64,000 nt of DNA from Coniocarpon cinnabarinum (Eukaryota): contig JAVECO010000087.1 of the NCBI GenBank assembly GCA_051942205.1, positions 1-64,000 of the forward strand, written 5' to 3'. This document shows, piece after piece, positions 23,392 through 35,181 of this stretch (positions are counted from its first letter, which is position 1; every line of letters begins with the position of its first letter). Made by a program: the position numbers and the translations under genes. Under the pieces are notes generated by a model. That model was not told the DNA's origin and did not search any database. It worked only from the letters and a program-made list of their open reading frames with translations.

Positions 23392-25772
23392 ATGTCCAGT
23401 TGGTGGGGTTCAGGTAACTCTGAACTCGACCAACAGATCGAGCGCGCCACATCTTCCAGCCTGTGTGTCTTGGCTCGTCATCTTCCATGAGATTCTGTCG
23501 ACGCTGACATGGATGACTGCTTAGAGAGGACATTGCCTTAAACCTTGAGATCTCCGATCGCATCCGTTCCAAGACAGTCCCGCCCAAAGATGCTATGCGC
23601 TCACTGAAGAAGCGCATAGACAACAAGAATCCCAACATTCAATTAGCTGCCTTGACGGTGAGTCGCGTTAGTCCGAATCTGGCCGTTGCATGCTAATCAC
23701 TTCTGCCTCCTCACAGCTTGCGGATACGTGCATCAAGAATGGAGGGCCTCACTTCCTGACCGAAATTGCATCAAGAGAGTTTATGGACAACCTTGTTTCG
23801 CTTTTGCGCCAGCACGACGAGCTCAATTACGAAGTACGCAGCCGCATATTAGCGCTGCTTCAATCCTGGGCCGCAGCCGCTGAAGGGCGACACAACCTAA
23901 TTTACATCAGTGAGACCTACAAAAGCTTGCAACGCGAGGGTTTTCGGTTTCCACCGCGGGAGGATCTTGCCAGCACCATGTTTGATAGCAATGCGGTAAG
24001 CAGAAATGCAAGATGCACGGCAATTCTGGCAGCCTGGCTGATCTCCATCTCTGTAGCCGCCCGAGTGGGCCGATTCAGACATTTGCATGCGTTGCCGAAC
24101 GGCTTTCACGTTCACGAATCGCAAACATCACTGCCGGAATTGTGGCAACGTCTTTTGTGGAGCATGCTCCAGCAAGTCAATACCTCTTCCACACCTGGGT
24201 ATCTCTGACAATGTGAGGGTCGATGATGGCTGCTATGCGAAAGTCGTGGACAAGGAGAAGCGAAAGACCGCAGGGTCGGTGTGGGAGTATCTTCCACCTC
24301 CAAAACAACGGTCACATATGCAGCCTCGGAGCGCCCGAGTCGACGAAGGTTTTGACACAGATTTGAAGCGGGCACTCGAGATGAGCTTAGAAGACGCAAA
24401 GACAGACTCAGGGACCGGATTTGTTTCGCAATCAAAGCCCCACGCCAACGGGCTTACAAGCAGCTCACGTACCAAAGAGGATGATGATGACCCGCAGCTG
24501 AAGGCAGCCATCGCTGCTTCTCTTAAAGACATGGAAGAACAGAAGAAGAAACATGCCACAGAGTTGAAACAACAAACTTCGAAAGCGAGAGAGAGTCCAG
24601 CTGCAAAAGTAGCAAGCCGCAATGAATATGAGCTGACACCGGTAGAAGCCGAGAACATCAACTTGTTTTCAACGCTCGTAGATCGTCTACAGCACCAGGC
24701 CCCTGGAACAATCTTGAGAGAGCCACAAATCCAAGAGCTTTACGAGAGTATAGGCAAATTACGGCCGAAGCTGGCGCGTAGTTACGGGGAGACCATGAGC
24801 AAGCACGATACTTTACTCGATCTGCATTCGAAACTGGCAACTGTTGTGCGCTACTACGATCGGATGCTCGAAGAGCGTCTGAACAGTACCTACAACACCC
24901 AGACTTATGGTTATGGGACAGCGCCGCCAACCGTGGCACAGCAGCCAGCCTCAACATATCCCAACCTCACGACGCAGAATCAGTACGCGTACAGTCAGAC
25001 ACAGCCAAACGTCGACGCCTATTACACGGGTGGTCCGACTGTATCAGATCCATATAGTCGGCCGCATTCAGTGTACAATGCGCACCCTCCACCAGCGACA
25101 TCCGCCTTCAGCCCAAATCAACAACAATATGGTCAGCAGCGATCACAGACAATGTACAATACCGGTCGCTACTCCCCACAGCAACAATACTCACAACAGA
25201 CTGGAACGCCTTTTGCTCAACGACAACGACAGAGCTCAACGTCAACAGCATCGTCACAGCGAGCGCCGAGCTTAAAGTACCGCCAGTCTTCCGTTGACCA
25301 AGTACCTACAGCAGTGAATCGACAACCACCCTCATATGCAACGAATGGTTATTCAGTGGCACCAGACATAAACACTCCTCATCATCAAGCCCTTGGCGGC
25401 ATGCAGCCGCAAGAGCAAACCAATCCTCCCTCGAATCTGTACCCTAATTTGAAGTCGCCTGCGTCTGAAGCATCAGCGCCCACTTACTTCCAACAAACAC
25501 CTCAAAATCACCAAGCATATTACTCTCGGCAGCCGGCGGTGCCTCCCGCTCAGCAGCCTGCACCGCCACAACCTCCACAAGCAAGCCCATATCAGCAGCA
25601 TGCACCACAGCAGCAGCACCATTATTTCCAGCCTCCATACGGTCAGGCGCATCAATCGATGCCCCAGCCATCCAATATGGGTCCCTCGATGTTCCCTTCA
25701 GCACCAACTCATCCACCTGAATCACCTCATGTCACTACACATCGCCCGGAAGAGAGTCTCATAGAGCTTTGA
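23392..25772 (+). CDS. VPS27: ESCRT-0 subunit Vps27 (VHS-FYVE-UIM; 4 exons)
   Basis: VHS domain ([20 protein letters not shown]), [13 protein letters not shown], two UIMs ([20 protein letters not shown]), a PSAP motif and the terminal clathrin box LIEL. Confidence 0.97.
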
Positions 25773-25965
25773 AATTAGATGAAGTGACCGAAGGGTGCAC
25801 CTGTCATCAGCATACAAGATTCTGCAGAGAAGCGGCAGTTTTGTGATTCCGACGGCGAGGAACTCCGTATACTCCCATATAAGCACGAGACGTAGAATCA
25901 GCCGGCTTTTGCGACGACATGATTGCCCATCCGCCTATATCGATATCGTCCTCTACAGTAAACTC

Positions 25966-27012
25966 TTACTCTTTCACCGAGGATCGACTGGATGAGCCTA
26001 CCTCATATCCCTCTTGTACACTTCCACCGCGTTCGTGCACCTGCTGACTGAGCTCACGGCTTGGAAAAATACCGTAGAGAACGACTACGAGCAGCATCAA
26101 ACACGAATCGAAACCAAAAAAGTAGGCCTCGTGAGCCATAAGACCTCCATCTTGGCCTTGAGCATACTCTCCTGTACGATAGATTGATCTGATCAGAATC
26201 AAGAAACTTGTAATGTAGAGAACTCCCACAGTTTTCTTCCATGAGACGATAAATAATCTTTGCGTGCTGACATGTGCCGCTCGTAGCCGCCACTGAAGTA
26301 AGGCTATCATGAAGATGAAAAATCCGAAGTAGAGAAGTTGAAGGATCAGACCTCCCAGTATGATGTGGGAGCCAGTGTCGAAGCTCTCTTGCGTCTTTTG
26401 CGCCTGAATGCCGCCACCTATGCGTCCGTCAAATATTTGAAAAGAGCATGAAGAATTTCAGGGCAAAAACATGGTGAGCTGCAACTTACCAGATGCTTGC
26501 ATTAAAAAGAACAGGACGTCGCCGCCAACGAAGATCTTGGTCAACCAACCTGGCTTGACAAGCACCAGTTGATCACTCCCCGTGGCGCGCACAAGACGGC
26601 CTGGACCCCAAAATTAGTGGGCATGCCGTGCAAGCGAGTTCATGGGCAGCAAAACGGAGGTGGCGTACCAAGTGACATGTATATGGAGGCAGCGAAAAAG
26701 GCCGGAGGAAGCAGCAGGCATAAGGATTGAACGATGTACGGACCCAGCGTCCAATCTGACGTCTCGTAGGCGTTGATAGTTCGTCCAATGTAGCCAGCGA
26801 CCTCAACTTGACGGACCCAAAGTCAGCAGCGCGTTCACGAAGTCGAACAAGTCTGTCCTACGAATGCTTCCTATGGCAAATGGTATGAAAAACCAGATTC
26901 GATACTGCACTAAGCGCGCGATTTGTAAAGTGCCAGCCACGCAAAAGAGACAGGCAAATGCAATGGCTGCAGCTTTGGATGGTTCATAGTGGTATGCACG
27001 CCAACCAGCCAT
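25966..27012 (-). CDS. RTA1-like lipid-translocating membrane protein (multi-exon)
   Basis: YHYEPSKAAAIAF, WLTKIFVGGDV, LIRSIYRTGEYAQGQDG and HEAYFFGFDS are typical RTA1-family segments, with several hydrophobic helices. Confidence 0.92.
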
Positions 27013-27486
27013 TATTGGGGTCTGAGCCTAGCGATGGTGACGGCGAGAAGGGGGCGAAGTGAGGACGAAAATGAGAGTGAGAGTGGAGTCGAAGGAAGTG
27101 TCGTCTTCTCGCCGCCATTTTGTACTCTACTGGTCTTGCTATTAATGTCTACGATCTCCAACTCTAGGGCCATACTCGGTCCCAGCCGTCGAGGGGATTG
27201 TGATGATGAAGCCTGGACCAGAGCCTCCAGATGTAGTAATTCAGAGGGAAGTTGGTATAGGAATTGCGCCGTCTCCGGGGACCCGAACACGACAACGAGT
27301 TCGCATTCGTTCTCGTCTCCCTCCCTCCCTCCCTCCCTCTTTCCGACAACCTTAGGTATCCTCCTGCTTCACCGAGCTGCGTGTGTACCAATGATTGCTG
27401 CTCCGGTGCTGGCTGCTGTTGCCAGCTGAGCGGCTGCTCCGTTACACGGGTGTGTGGACCCTGCCGCCGGGGTCCACACTACCATC

Positions 27487-29489
27487 ATGCCCAAGCTAGG
27501 CTCCAAGAAGAGCAGGGGAGGCTGTACCAATTGTAAACGGCGTCGAGTCAAGGTAAGTTCTCAAGCTACACCAGCATCGCTCTATGCACAGCTCTATAAA
27601 GCGTTCTTGGACTCTCATTTCTGTGGCTACAAGGGCTTGCTAACTGTTCATTGTCATCCAGTGCGAGTGTGTATAGACACCGGTTCCATTGGAAGTAATG
27701 GGGCTAACTACAGCACAAGTGAGGTCAAGCCTTGTTGCACCAACTGCGCCAGGTACAAGATGCCGTGCGTGTACCTCGTAGGCAGCAGTGTTTCCGGCTT
27801 GACTCGCGAAGACGATTATGTCAGCGCCGTCAGTGGAGCACAACCCCGGCCCCGAAAGGCATCCAGTCATCAAGCAAACGGTGTGACTGGAGCCCCTGGA
27901 CGGCATCAGAGCAGCAATTCTCTGAACGTCCTCGCGGATGCAGTCTCTAGTGTCGAAGCCAACCACAGTGGTCAGGAAGCGAACGCATTCTATGTGTCGA
28001 GTAGCCCGCATGTACGTGGTTTCGTTCTTTCCTTAGCCTGAGCTGCTCGTTAGGAAATGCGGTTCTTCTCTAACCAGTAACCTGTCGCTCCCCCATTTTT
28101 GTAACTCTGAGCCGCTGCGATACTCGAGCAGGGAGTCCTGATAATTCCGCCGGAGTATCCATCATCCCTTTTCCCTAGATGTTTTCGAAACGTTCCACAA
28201 GTTGCGGCTTCAAGATGCAAGGTCTACGCATGTAGCCCACTCCCGCACACAATTCTAACGTCTCTATCCCTGTCAGACACCTTTCTCGTTCACATTGCTC
28301 GATCTCGAGCTCCTTCATAACTTCACCGTTTCCACGTATGCCAGCATCGCTCGTCCCAACACCTCCGATGTTTGGCGTGTACAGGTTCCCAAGCTTGCTT
28401 ACACAAGGGAATGGCTTATACGGGGTATCATCGCCATCAGCGCCCTCCACGCTGCCTCCAATGACGCCACGGGACCTCAAAAAACCTCGGAACTCATCCA
28501 AATCGCGCTGACGTCCATGAACGCGGGCTTGCCTAACCTCAATCACCTAGTCGCCACGATATCTCTTGACGATGCAGACAGTTGCAGTGCGCTCGCGGCG
28601 TACAGCGCCCTTGTAGCTATGTATGCACTTGCTATGCCTTCGGTACAGTATTGGACTTCTGTGAGATTGGGAGCTCAAAATCCGGAGGAATCCCTGGATG
28701 TAAGGACGCACTCCTTTTACTAATCGTCATCTCGCGCCGCTGAGCACGAAGTCAATTATCGATTGACATCTTTGGCTGACTCTGCATCTCAAGGACCCGC
28801 TATCACAAATCCTCACAACTTTCGACCTCGTACGCGGCACGGCCGAGATCTACCGCCAAGTCTGGAATCCGCTGCAAAACGGTCCCATCGCTGCAGTGAC
28901 ACATGTCGATCTCTTCGGCGACAAGATGATAGTTTCGCCTGAACCCGACGAGATCCTCATGCGAACCAGAGAATCTTATGCTACACTTGCCAAGGGATTA
29001 CCGGAGAGCAGTCCTCGACGGCAATTCATGGCACGGGCCCTCGAGGTTGGCGAGGCGATTAAAAAGACCGGCGAGGCAACCAACGAAGCCTGTCGGCTCG
29101 CGTTTGTGCATCTCTTTCTGGTGGTGAAGATCATCTTGGCGCCTGGCGATGACATCAACAGGAGCTTGGTTCTAGCATGGCCGGCGATTCTGCTGCCCGA
29201 GTTTATGAGGCAATTGCGCGAGCAGCGACCAGCTGCGTTGGCGCTGCTGGCGGTGTGGGCGTTGGGGCTGAAAGATACCAGTTGGCTTATGCGCGGGTGG
29301 AAGCAGTGGATCGTCGATGCGTCGTGGAAGGTGAGAGAAAATGTGAGAAGCCGAGGAGAGAACGTCGAGGGAGATATCTGCTGGGACACTGTTGCTTGGG
29401 CTAAGCAGTGCATAAACGCCAATCCGAGGTTCCTTGAAGAAGATACTGAGGAACAAGAGACTCCTGTTGATCCTGGTTTACCTCGATAA
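27487..29489 (+). CDS. Zn(II)2Cys6 transcription factor, Upc2/Ecm22-like architecture (multi-exon)
   Basis: [35 protein letters not shown] after splicing, plus LDLELLHNFTVST, GIIAISALH and a C-terminal WP...PEF...L...PAAL segment. Middle exon structure is uncertain. Confidence 0.9.
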
Positions 29490-31194
29490 ACAAAGCATTA
29501 ATTCAAGCGACGGTCGAGCTAGCCATTGATGCTACCTACCTTGGCATCGCTCTCATACACACGAAATGCCGTGTCATTCACGTTGACGCGACAAATCTAG
29601 AAGGAACCACAGCATTCAGTTATCCCAGAGAGGAACGGAAAAGCAGTGCGTCAGCTTGAATGGTAACTGATAAGGGCAAGCATGTACGGCTGCCGAACCT
29701 TCACTCTCATGAAATGGCCGCACTCAGTTGCGAGAACATCAGTTGTCGAGGACCTCCACCCGTCCTCAGGTACACGCGCATCCAATAGCGCGATGTCCTA
29801 AGAAGCGGAGCTTTGCCCATTCAAACATGGATCGGTCTCATCCACAGCTCCCAATTCCAGCGGCAATGAACGGTTTCGAAGCAGTTGGTGAAGGTGACTA
29901 GTCCTGTAGCTTTCACAAGTTCAACTACACCGTTCAAATAAAGCAGCACAGTCCTCTCATCCACAGTCTATGGCTCCGCAGCATTCAATCATCCATTAGA
30001 GCCTACGGAAGCTATTTACGCGCAGCAATCATGACACACGACAGGACACAGCGATTCAAGTACCTCAATCGTCACCATTGACCTTTCAAAAGCTTCCAAA
30101 GCACTAAGAGCAATCTTCGAACCATTGTAACATTTGACGTGTCCAAGACAAAGACCATTAATCGGCCCGTGTCACGGCAGCCAATCTATCGAGCATTGTC
30201 CATCAGCTCGAGTCTACCACACCTCAACGTCTATCAAAACTCAAGTCTAGTATAAGTAAATTCTGTCACAAGTAGAGTCCGTTCAGCTCAGATTCATCGC
30301 CACCAAATCCGAGCTCACATGCAAGACCTCCTTCTTGGATAATGCAGTCAGGCGACTACTGAAGTACTCAAATGGCTACTGAGATACTCAGACTCGGATC
30401 ATGATGCCTTTCAGCATCGCACGCTTCCAATATGAAAACAACTTGAACAACCTGAATAACAATAAAGGGACTGCCTTCAAGAAAGCTGTTATCGAAACTC
30501 CACCCCAATGAGGCCCAATGAAGCGCCCCCTCTACCCATGATGGAGATTTCAAGGACCCTAAAGCCAGTTCTATTTCAGTTCCTTGCTTCACTTCATGTC
30601 GTCTTTGCGAATGGCGCCTGGCGCCGTCCCTAAATATACCACCGTTGTGTGTCTCTGACCTTCACATAACCCAACACATGTCAAGTAGCAAGATCGGAGA
30701 CGTGTACATCTTTTTCGACATTGTTTCACACCTGTCTTTGCAGATGTCCAGCGTAGAACATAGACTAGATAGTCCATGAACAGCGTCACCGTGCGAATGG
30801 TAGCGACTTCAGTCAATCACGTGCATTGACAGTAGGTCAGAGTCAGAGCCGCCAATAGCCGCGTTAGCGTGTAAGACTACAGGCGTAGAAGAAAGTGCAA
30901 GGTAGACTCGACATTACGATGATATAGTACAATACCACTTCACTCATGCTCTCCCTCATACGTAGGCTCCATACGTAGAGCTCCTAAGCAAGCATTGATG
31001 CTTAAAACTCCACCGGCTGTCGAAACTCCTTCTCCGCCTAGCTGAAAAATCCCTAAATATGCTCAGGAAGACAACCCGCGGTGACATCCGACGCCGACCT
31101 GAAGAGCACCTCGCACGCTCGCCAGCGACACCCATCAGCAACGCCCGCACGGCCATAATCAAACCATCCGCACATGCACGAAGCCAGGTTCCTT

Positions 31195-33499
31195 CTAAGA
31201 CGCGCCCGCATTGCCGCCACCGCTCTGCTGTCCACTCGGCGCACTTCCACCACCAGAAGCGCCCGCATTGCCACCGTCTTTATTCCCGAACCCACCACGG
31301 CCACCACCACGAGGACCTCTCGCTCCACCGCGGCCGCGTCCTCTGAACCCGCCACGGCCTCGACCACCCTCGCTGTCGCTCGCACTGCGATATCCAGTAC
31401 CCTGCGTTCCACTCGCCTGACGGTTGAAATTCTGAAATCCGCCTCGTCCGCCACGGTCTTGGAAGACTCTGACGCTGGGCTTGCCCTTCGCCGACTTCTT
31501 CAGTTCCTGGCCCAACGGCTCCCATACCTTCTGCATTTCTTCTGGGGACTCGAAGTGCACGATGTAGTATGATCCCTTGGGCTCGACGCGCGTGATCTTC
31601 GCACGATCAGCCTCGCTGAACAGATTCTTGACCTCGTCTTCACTGGCGACGTTTTGCACGAACAGGGCCTGGCTGGGCTTTCGTTCGACCGGAGCAGGTG
31701 AAGGCGCCTCTTTTGAGGAGTCCTCGGCGGCGCCATTCGTCTTGGGCGCGTCGGCTTTGTCGGTGACTCCATTGGTGGCAGCCGGGACATTCGTAGCCGG
31801 CTTTTGGTTTTGATTCATCGGAGCTGCAGCTGGAGTTTGAGCTGGAGGCTGTGCGGCCGCTGCAGGGGGTTTTGGCTGTTCCTGCTGATGCGTGGCCTGC
31901 GGGACAGGCTGGTCTGATCGCCCACGCTGTTGCATCTGTGGGGGAGGCTGGTTTTGACGGTTCTGGAGTGGCTGTTGTGCGGCAGGTGGCGCTGCAGCTG
32001 GAGTGGGACGAGGCTGTCCATGCGGGAGTGGAGACGAAGTTGCGTTCACGGGTGCAGCGGGCTTTTGCTGCTCAATAGAAGGAGCCCCTCTTGTCCCACG
32101 GTGCGAAAAGTTGAATCCTTGTGCCCTCATCTCGGTTCCAATGCGCCCCGCCTCAACCTCCAGCACCAGCCATCCAAAGGCGGCATCCGCCAGATTGAAG
32201 TTCCACATGTTCTTGAACGCCGCCTCATCCACCTGTCCGGTAGCTGGACCATTCTGACCACCGAACGGCCCGTTACCTGTTGCATTGTGTGGCATCCTGT
32301 CCACAAAGAACAGCGCGTTCTGCAAAAGTCTCTGTTGCGACTCGTTGTTTGCGACAACTGGCTCCACCTCAGACTTGACCGTCTCCCAGATATCGCTGAA
32401 AGACGATTTCGATGCCGCGAGTTTTCCACGATAATGGTCCAAGCTCGGATTGACACTGAACTCGTTGTAAGAACTGCCGTAGCGGAAATGAAGTCCAGCA
32501 GAGATCGAGAAGTCGACCTTCAGCGTGACTGCCAGTTGATTCAGGAGCCCTTCTCGAGCAGGCGAGGCATGGGTAACGAACACTCGCGTTTCGGTCGGGT
32601 CATACACACGATTTGCGGTGTCAATCAGCTCTCCCATCTGTAGTAGTGTGGTCCACATAGTTCCTTGTCCACCAGCAATTGTTGTGCGCCCTTCCCCGTT
32701 GTCGAAGAGCTTGTGCATCACGACCGCCCCTCCAAGACCTAGCAGACGTAGCTTTACACCACCAACGTCAAGTAATCTTGAATGCGCTTCATCGATAATG
32801 TGAAGATTCGGAACCTTGTATTCGCCAGAGCGAAGCTTCTCAAGCACCTGAACATCCTCGCAAGCTCCCCAAACGGTGTATACTGGAACATGGAAACGAG
32901 CTGAACCAGAGAGGAATTGGCTCAACTCAGAGAGTGGAAGCTGAGAGGGTTGCACGCGCTGTTTGATGGAGGAATTGGGCGGAGACGTGATGACGATACG
33001 GCGCACCTCTTCTGAAATGAGCGGTGAATACTGTGCGACGTGTTTCAATGTCCTGGTACCGGGCCATTAGACTCGATCTCTGAGCTTTAGTGAAAACACT
33101 CGAAACCTACTTTTCCGCGATGCGCTCTAGAGACTTCTCGTCATAAAATCCGAAGTCGCCAGTGTGGAGGATGTAGTCGGCATTGGCTTGTTTCGCCAGA
33201 TCGTTCAAGGACTTGAGGTGACCTGCAGTTGAGAGTCAGGCTTCGTTCGCTTGGGTTTAGCAAGCCGACATGAGATCTTACCGCGGACGTCTGCAACGCA
33301 GAGAATGCGAGTTGGACCCTGCTGCAGGACACGTCCCTGATGTGGGAGGAGAGGTTGAGCACCGGGTACTGGGCCTGATGAAGGACCATTGGGGAGATAA
33401 CCATTGCCGCTGAACGGACGGTTTTGAGTTGGTTGCTAAGCGGATGTTAGCTTTCAGTAATCTTTGTACAGCTCCGCGGAATATGCATACCGCAGCCAT
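31195..33499 (-). CDS. Fungal calcineurin-like phosphoesterase-fold protein (DUF2433-like) with Q/P linker, RRM-like domain and RGG tail (4 exons)
   Basis: Spliced N-terminus MAAQPTQN...RILCVADVRG...ILHTGDFGFYD, then VWGACED, VTHASP and ISAGLH, an RRM-like segment ALFVQNV...YYIVHF, and RGGRGG/RGRGG repeats. Confidence 0.85.
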
Positions 33500-34202
33500 A
33501 GAAGCGTAGGAATTGTTTGTGTATGCAGTGGAGGAAGCCAGATTGGCGGTGTTATGAAAAGGATCAAGACTGGTGCAGAAGAAGAGCGACTGAAAAAAGG
33601 TTAGGTCAGCGACAAGAAGAGTAGTCGCAAGGGTATCTCAGAAATACGACGGGGCTTAGAAAATCAACGGAAGTAAGGACGAGGAGAAGTAGGTATAGTT
33701 CAAGTTGCTCCTCCTCTCTTTACAGATGAAAGTATTGCAGCGACTGCCAGAATTTCTGCCATTCTGATCCGGGTACCTCTGATGATATAAGGCTGAATTA
33801 GCGTATGACTAGCTCCTTGGCACGCTACCTACCTAATATTCACTCCATCGTCCATGTTCACGTGCCCTAGCTCCACACGTGTCTTTCACTCTCGTTTTCT
33901 ATATCAAATACTTCTGAGACCAAGAGCGTCCCTAATTGAGATGCAAGTCCTCCGTGGCAAAACTAAGCGATCTCAATGCGAGACTCGTGCATCCCACAAA
34001 AGGCCCAGACGGTCCACAAGCCATTGAACCTTGCGCTTATCAATAAGTTGTAGCCATCTTAGCTTTTCAACACCTACAGTTCAAGCATCCAACCCTGCGC
34101 AGTTTTAATTATGATGACAAAATGCGTAGTGCTGCAACGGACCGCCACGAATTCCTCCATCTCAAGTATCTCAATCGCAATCGGAATCAGTTTTCCTCTT
34201 GA

Positions 34203-35181
34203 TCACTTTGATTTGCGTTTCTTTTGTCGCTGACTTTCTGGACTTTGACTGCTTGAATCGTGAGCTGGATCACTTGGACCTTGGCCACCTTGACCTTGCC
34301 TCCTATGATCTTGGCCGCCTTGGTCTTGACTACTCGACTGTTCTTGTCTTGGTCGCTTCTTTCGCAGAGCACTGGAGACCTGGGTACTTGGATCTGTTCC
34401 GCTTTGACCCTTGCCCAAAAATTGCGAGATTTGACTCCTGAACGTCGAGAACCGCGACTGGGAAGCGGCAACTCGTGGCTGCTGGTGGGACTGCAGTTGT
34501 TGTCGAGGTTGTAAAGGTGGCCGGGGGTGCATGAGGCGCTGAAAGACGGACTGCGCCTGCTGACGTGGCGGTGATTGTTGTGTCTGGATGTGCTGCAGGT
34601 GCTGTTGTTGTTGTTGTTGCTGTCGTTGCTGCTGCTGCTCGTGGTAGTGCCATTGTTCGTCAGCCTCTTGCTGTTGCTGATGCTGCGATGGTTGCTGATG
34701 AGCTCGGTGCTGAGGATGATGCTGGTAAAAAGAGTGCTGTGGATGGTGCTGATGGTACCAATGCTGAGGCTGTTGCTGATATCCCCACTGCTGAGGCTGT
34801 TGCTGATATTCCCACTGCTGGGGCTGTTGCTGGTAACTCCAATGTTGAGGCTGTTGCTGATAACCCCACCGCTGGGGCTGTTGCTGGTACCGCCACTGAT
34901 GTTGCCGCTGCTGCTCCTGATCCCATTGCTGTTGTTGTCGCTCATCGTCCTGTTCCTGGTTGCGCAACGGAGTCTGCTCTCTAAGTATAGGGATGTGTAC
35001 TGGCAAATCCTCATCATACGCCTGACCTCGCTCCAAATCTCGTCTCGGGATTACCAAAGTAGCACTAATGTGCTCACGTCTGTCACTTTCGCTGGTGTGA
35101 GTTGTCGTCCTACAGTTGGATTAGCGCGACCGTGACGAACGATAGGCACCTTTCAAGGAAAGCCGTATCTGGCGACTCCAT
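34203..35181 (-). CDS. Gln/His-rich repeat orphan protein; 5' end uncertain
   Basis: Open frame from ~35110 to 34203 with PQxWxYQQQ repeats and a basic tail (KKRPR, QKKRKSK). A possible ATG at 35181 needs a short ~40-nt intron, and further upstream exons (to ~35460) are possible. Confidence 0.55.
34715..34925 (-). repeat. 27-bp period coding minisatellite
   Basis: About 6-7 imperfect copies of TGCTGAGGCTGTTGCTGATATCCCCAC-like units on the + strand. Confidence 0.9.

Noticed and set aside
30310..30560. Possible decayed ORF with interspersed TGA stops
   Set aside because: Short, with no recognisable homology; cannot be distinguished from intergenic sequence.
34715..34925. Repeats as a pheromone or KEX2-processed peptide precursor, or as a CRISPR-like array
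   Set aside because: No signal peptide and no KR/RR sites between units; units are contiguous with no unique spacers.
34565..35135. Poly-Leu and poly-Ala/Val ORFs on the + strand
   Set aside because: Antisense translations of the CAG/CAA-rich repeat.
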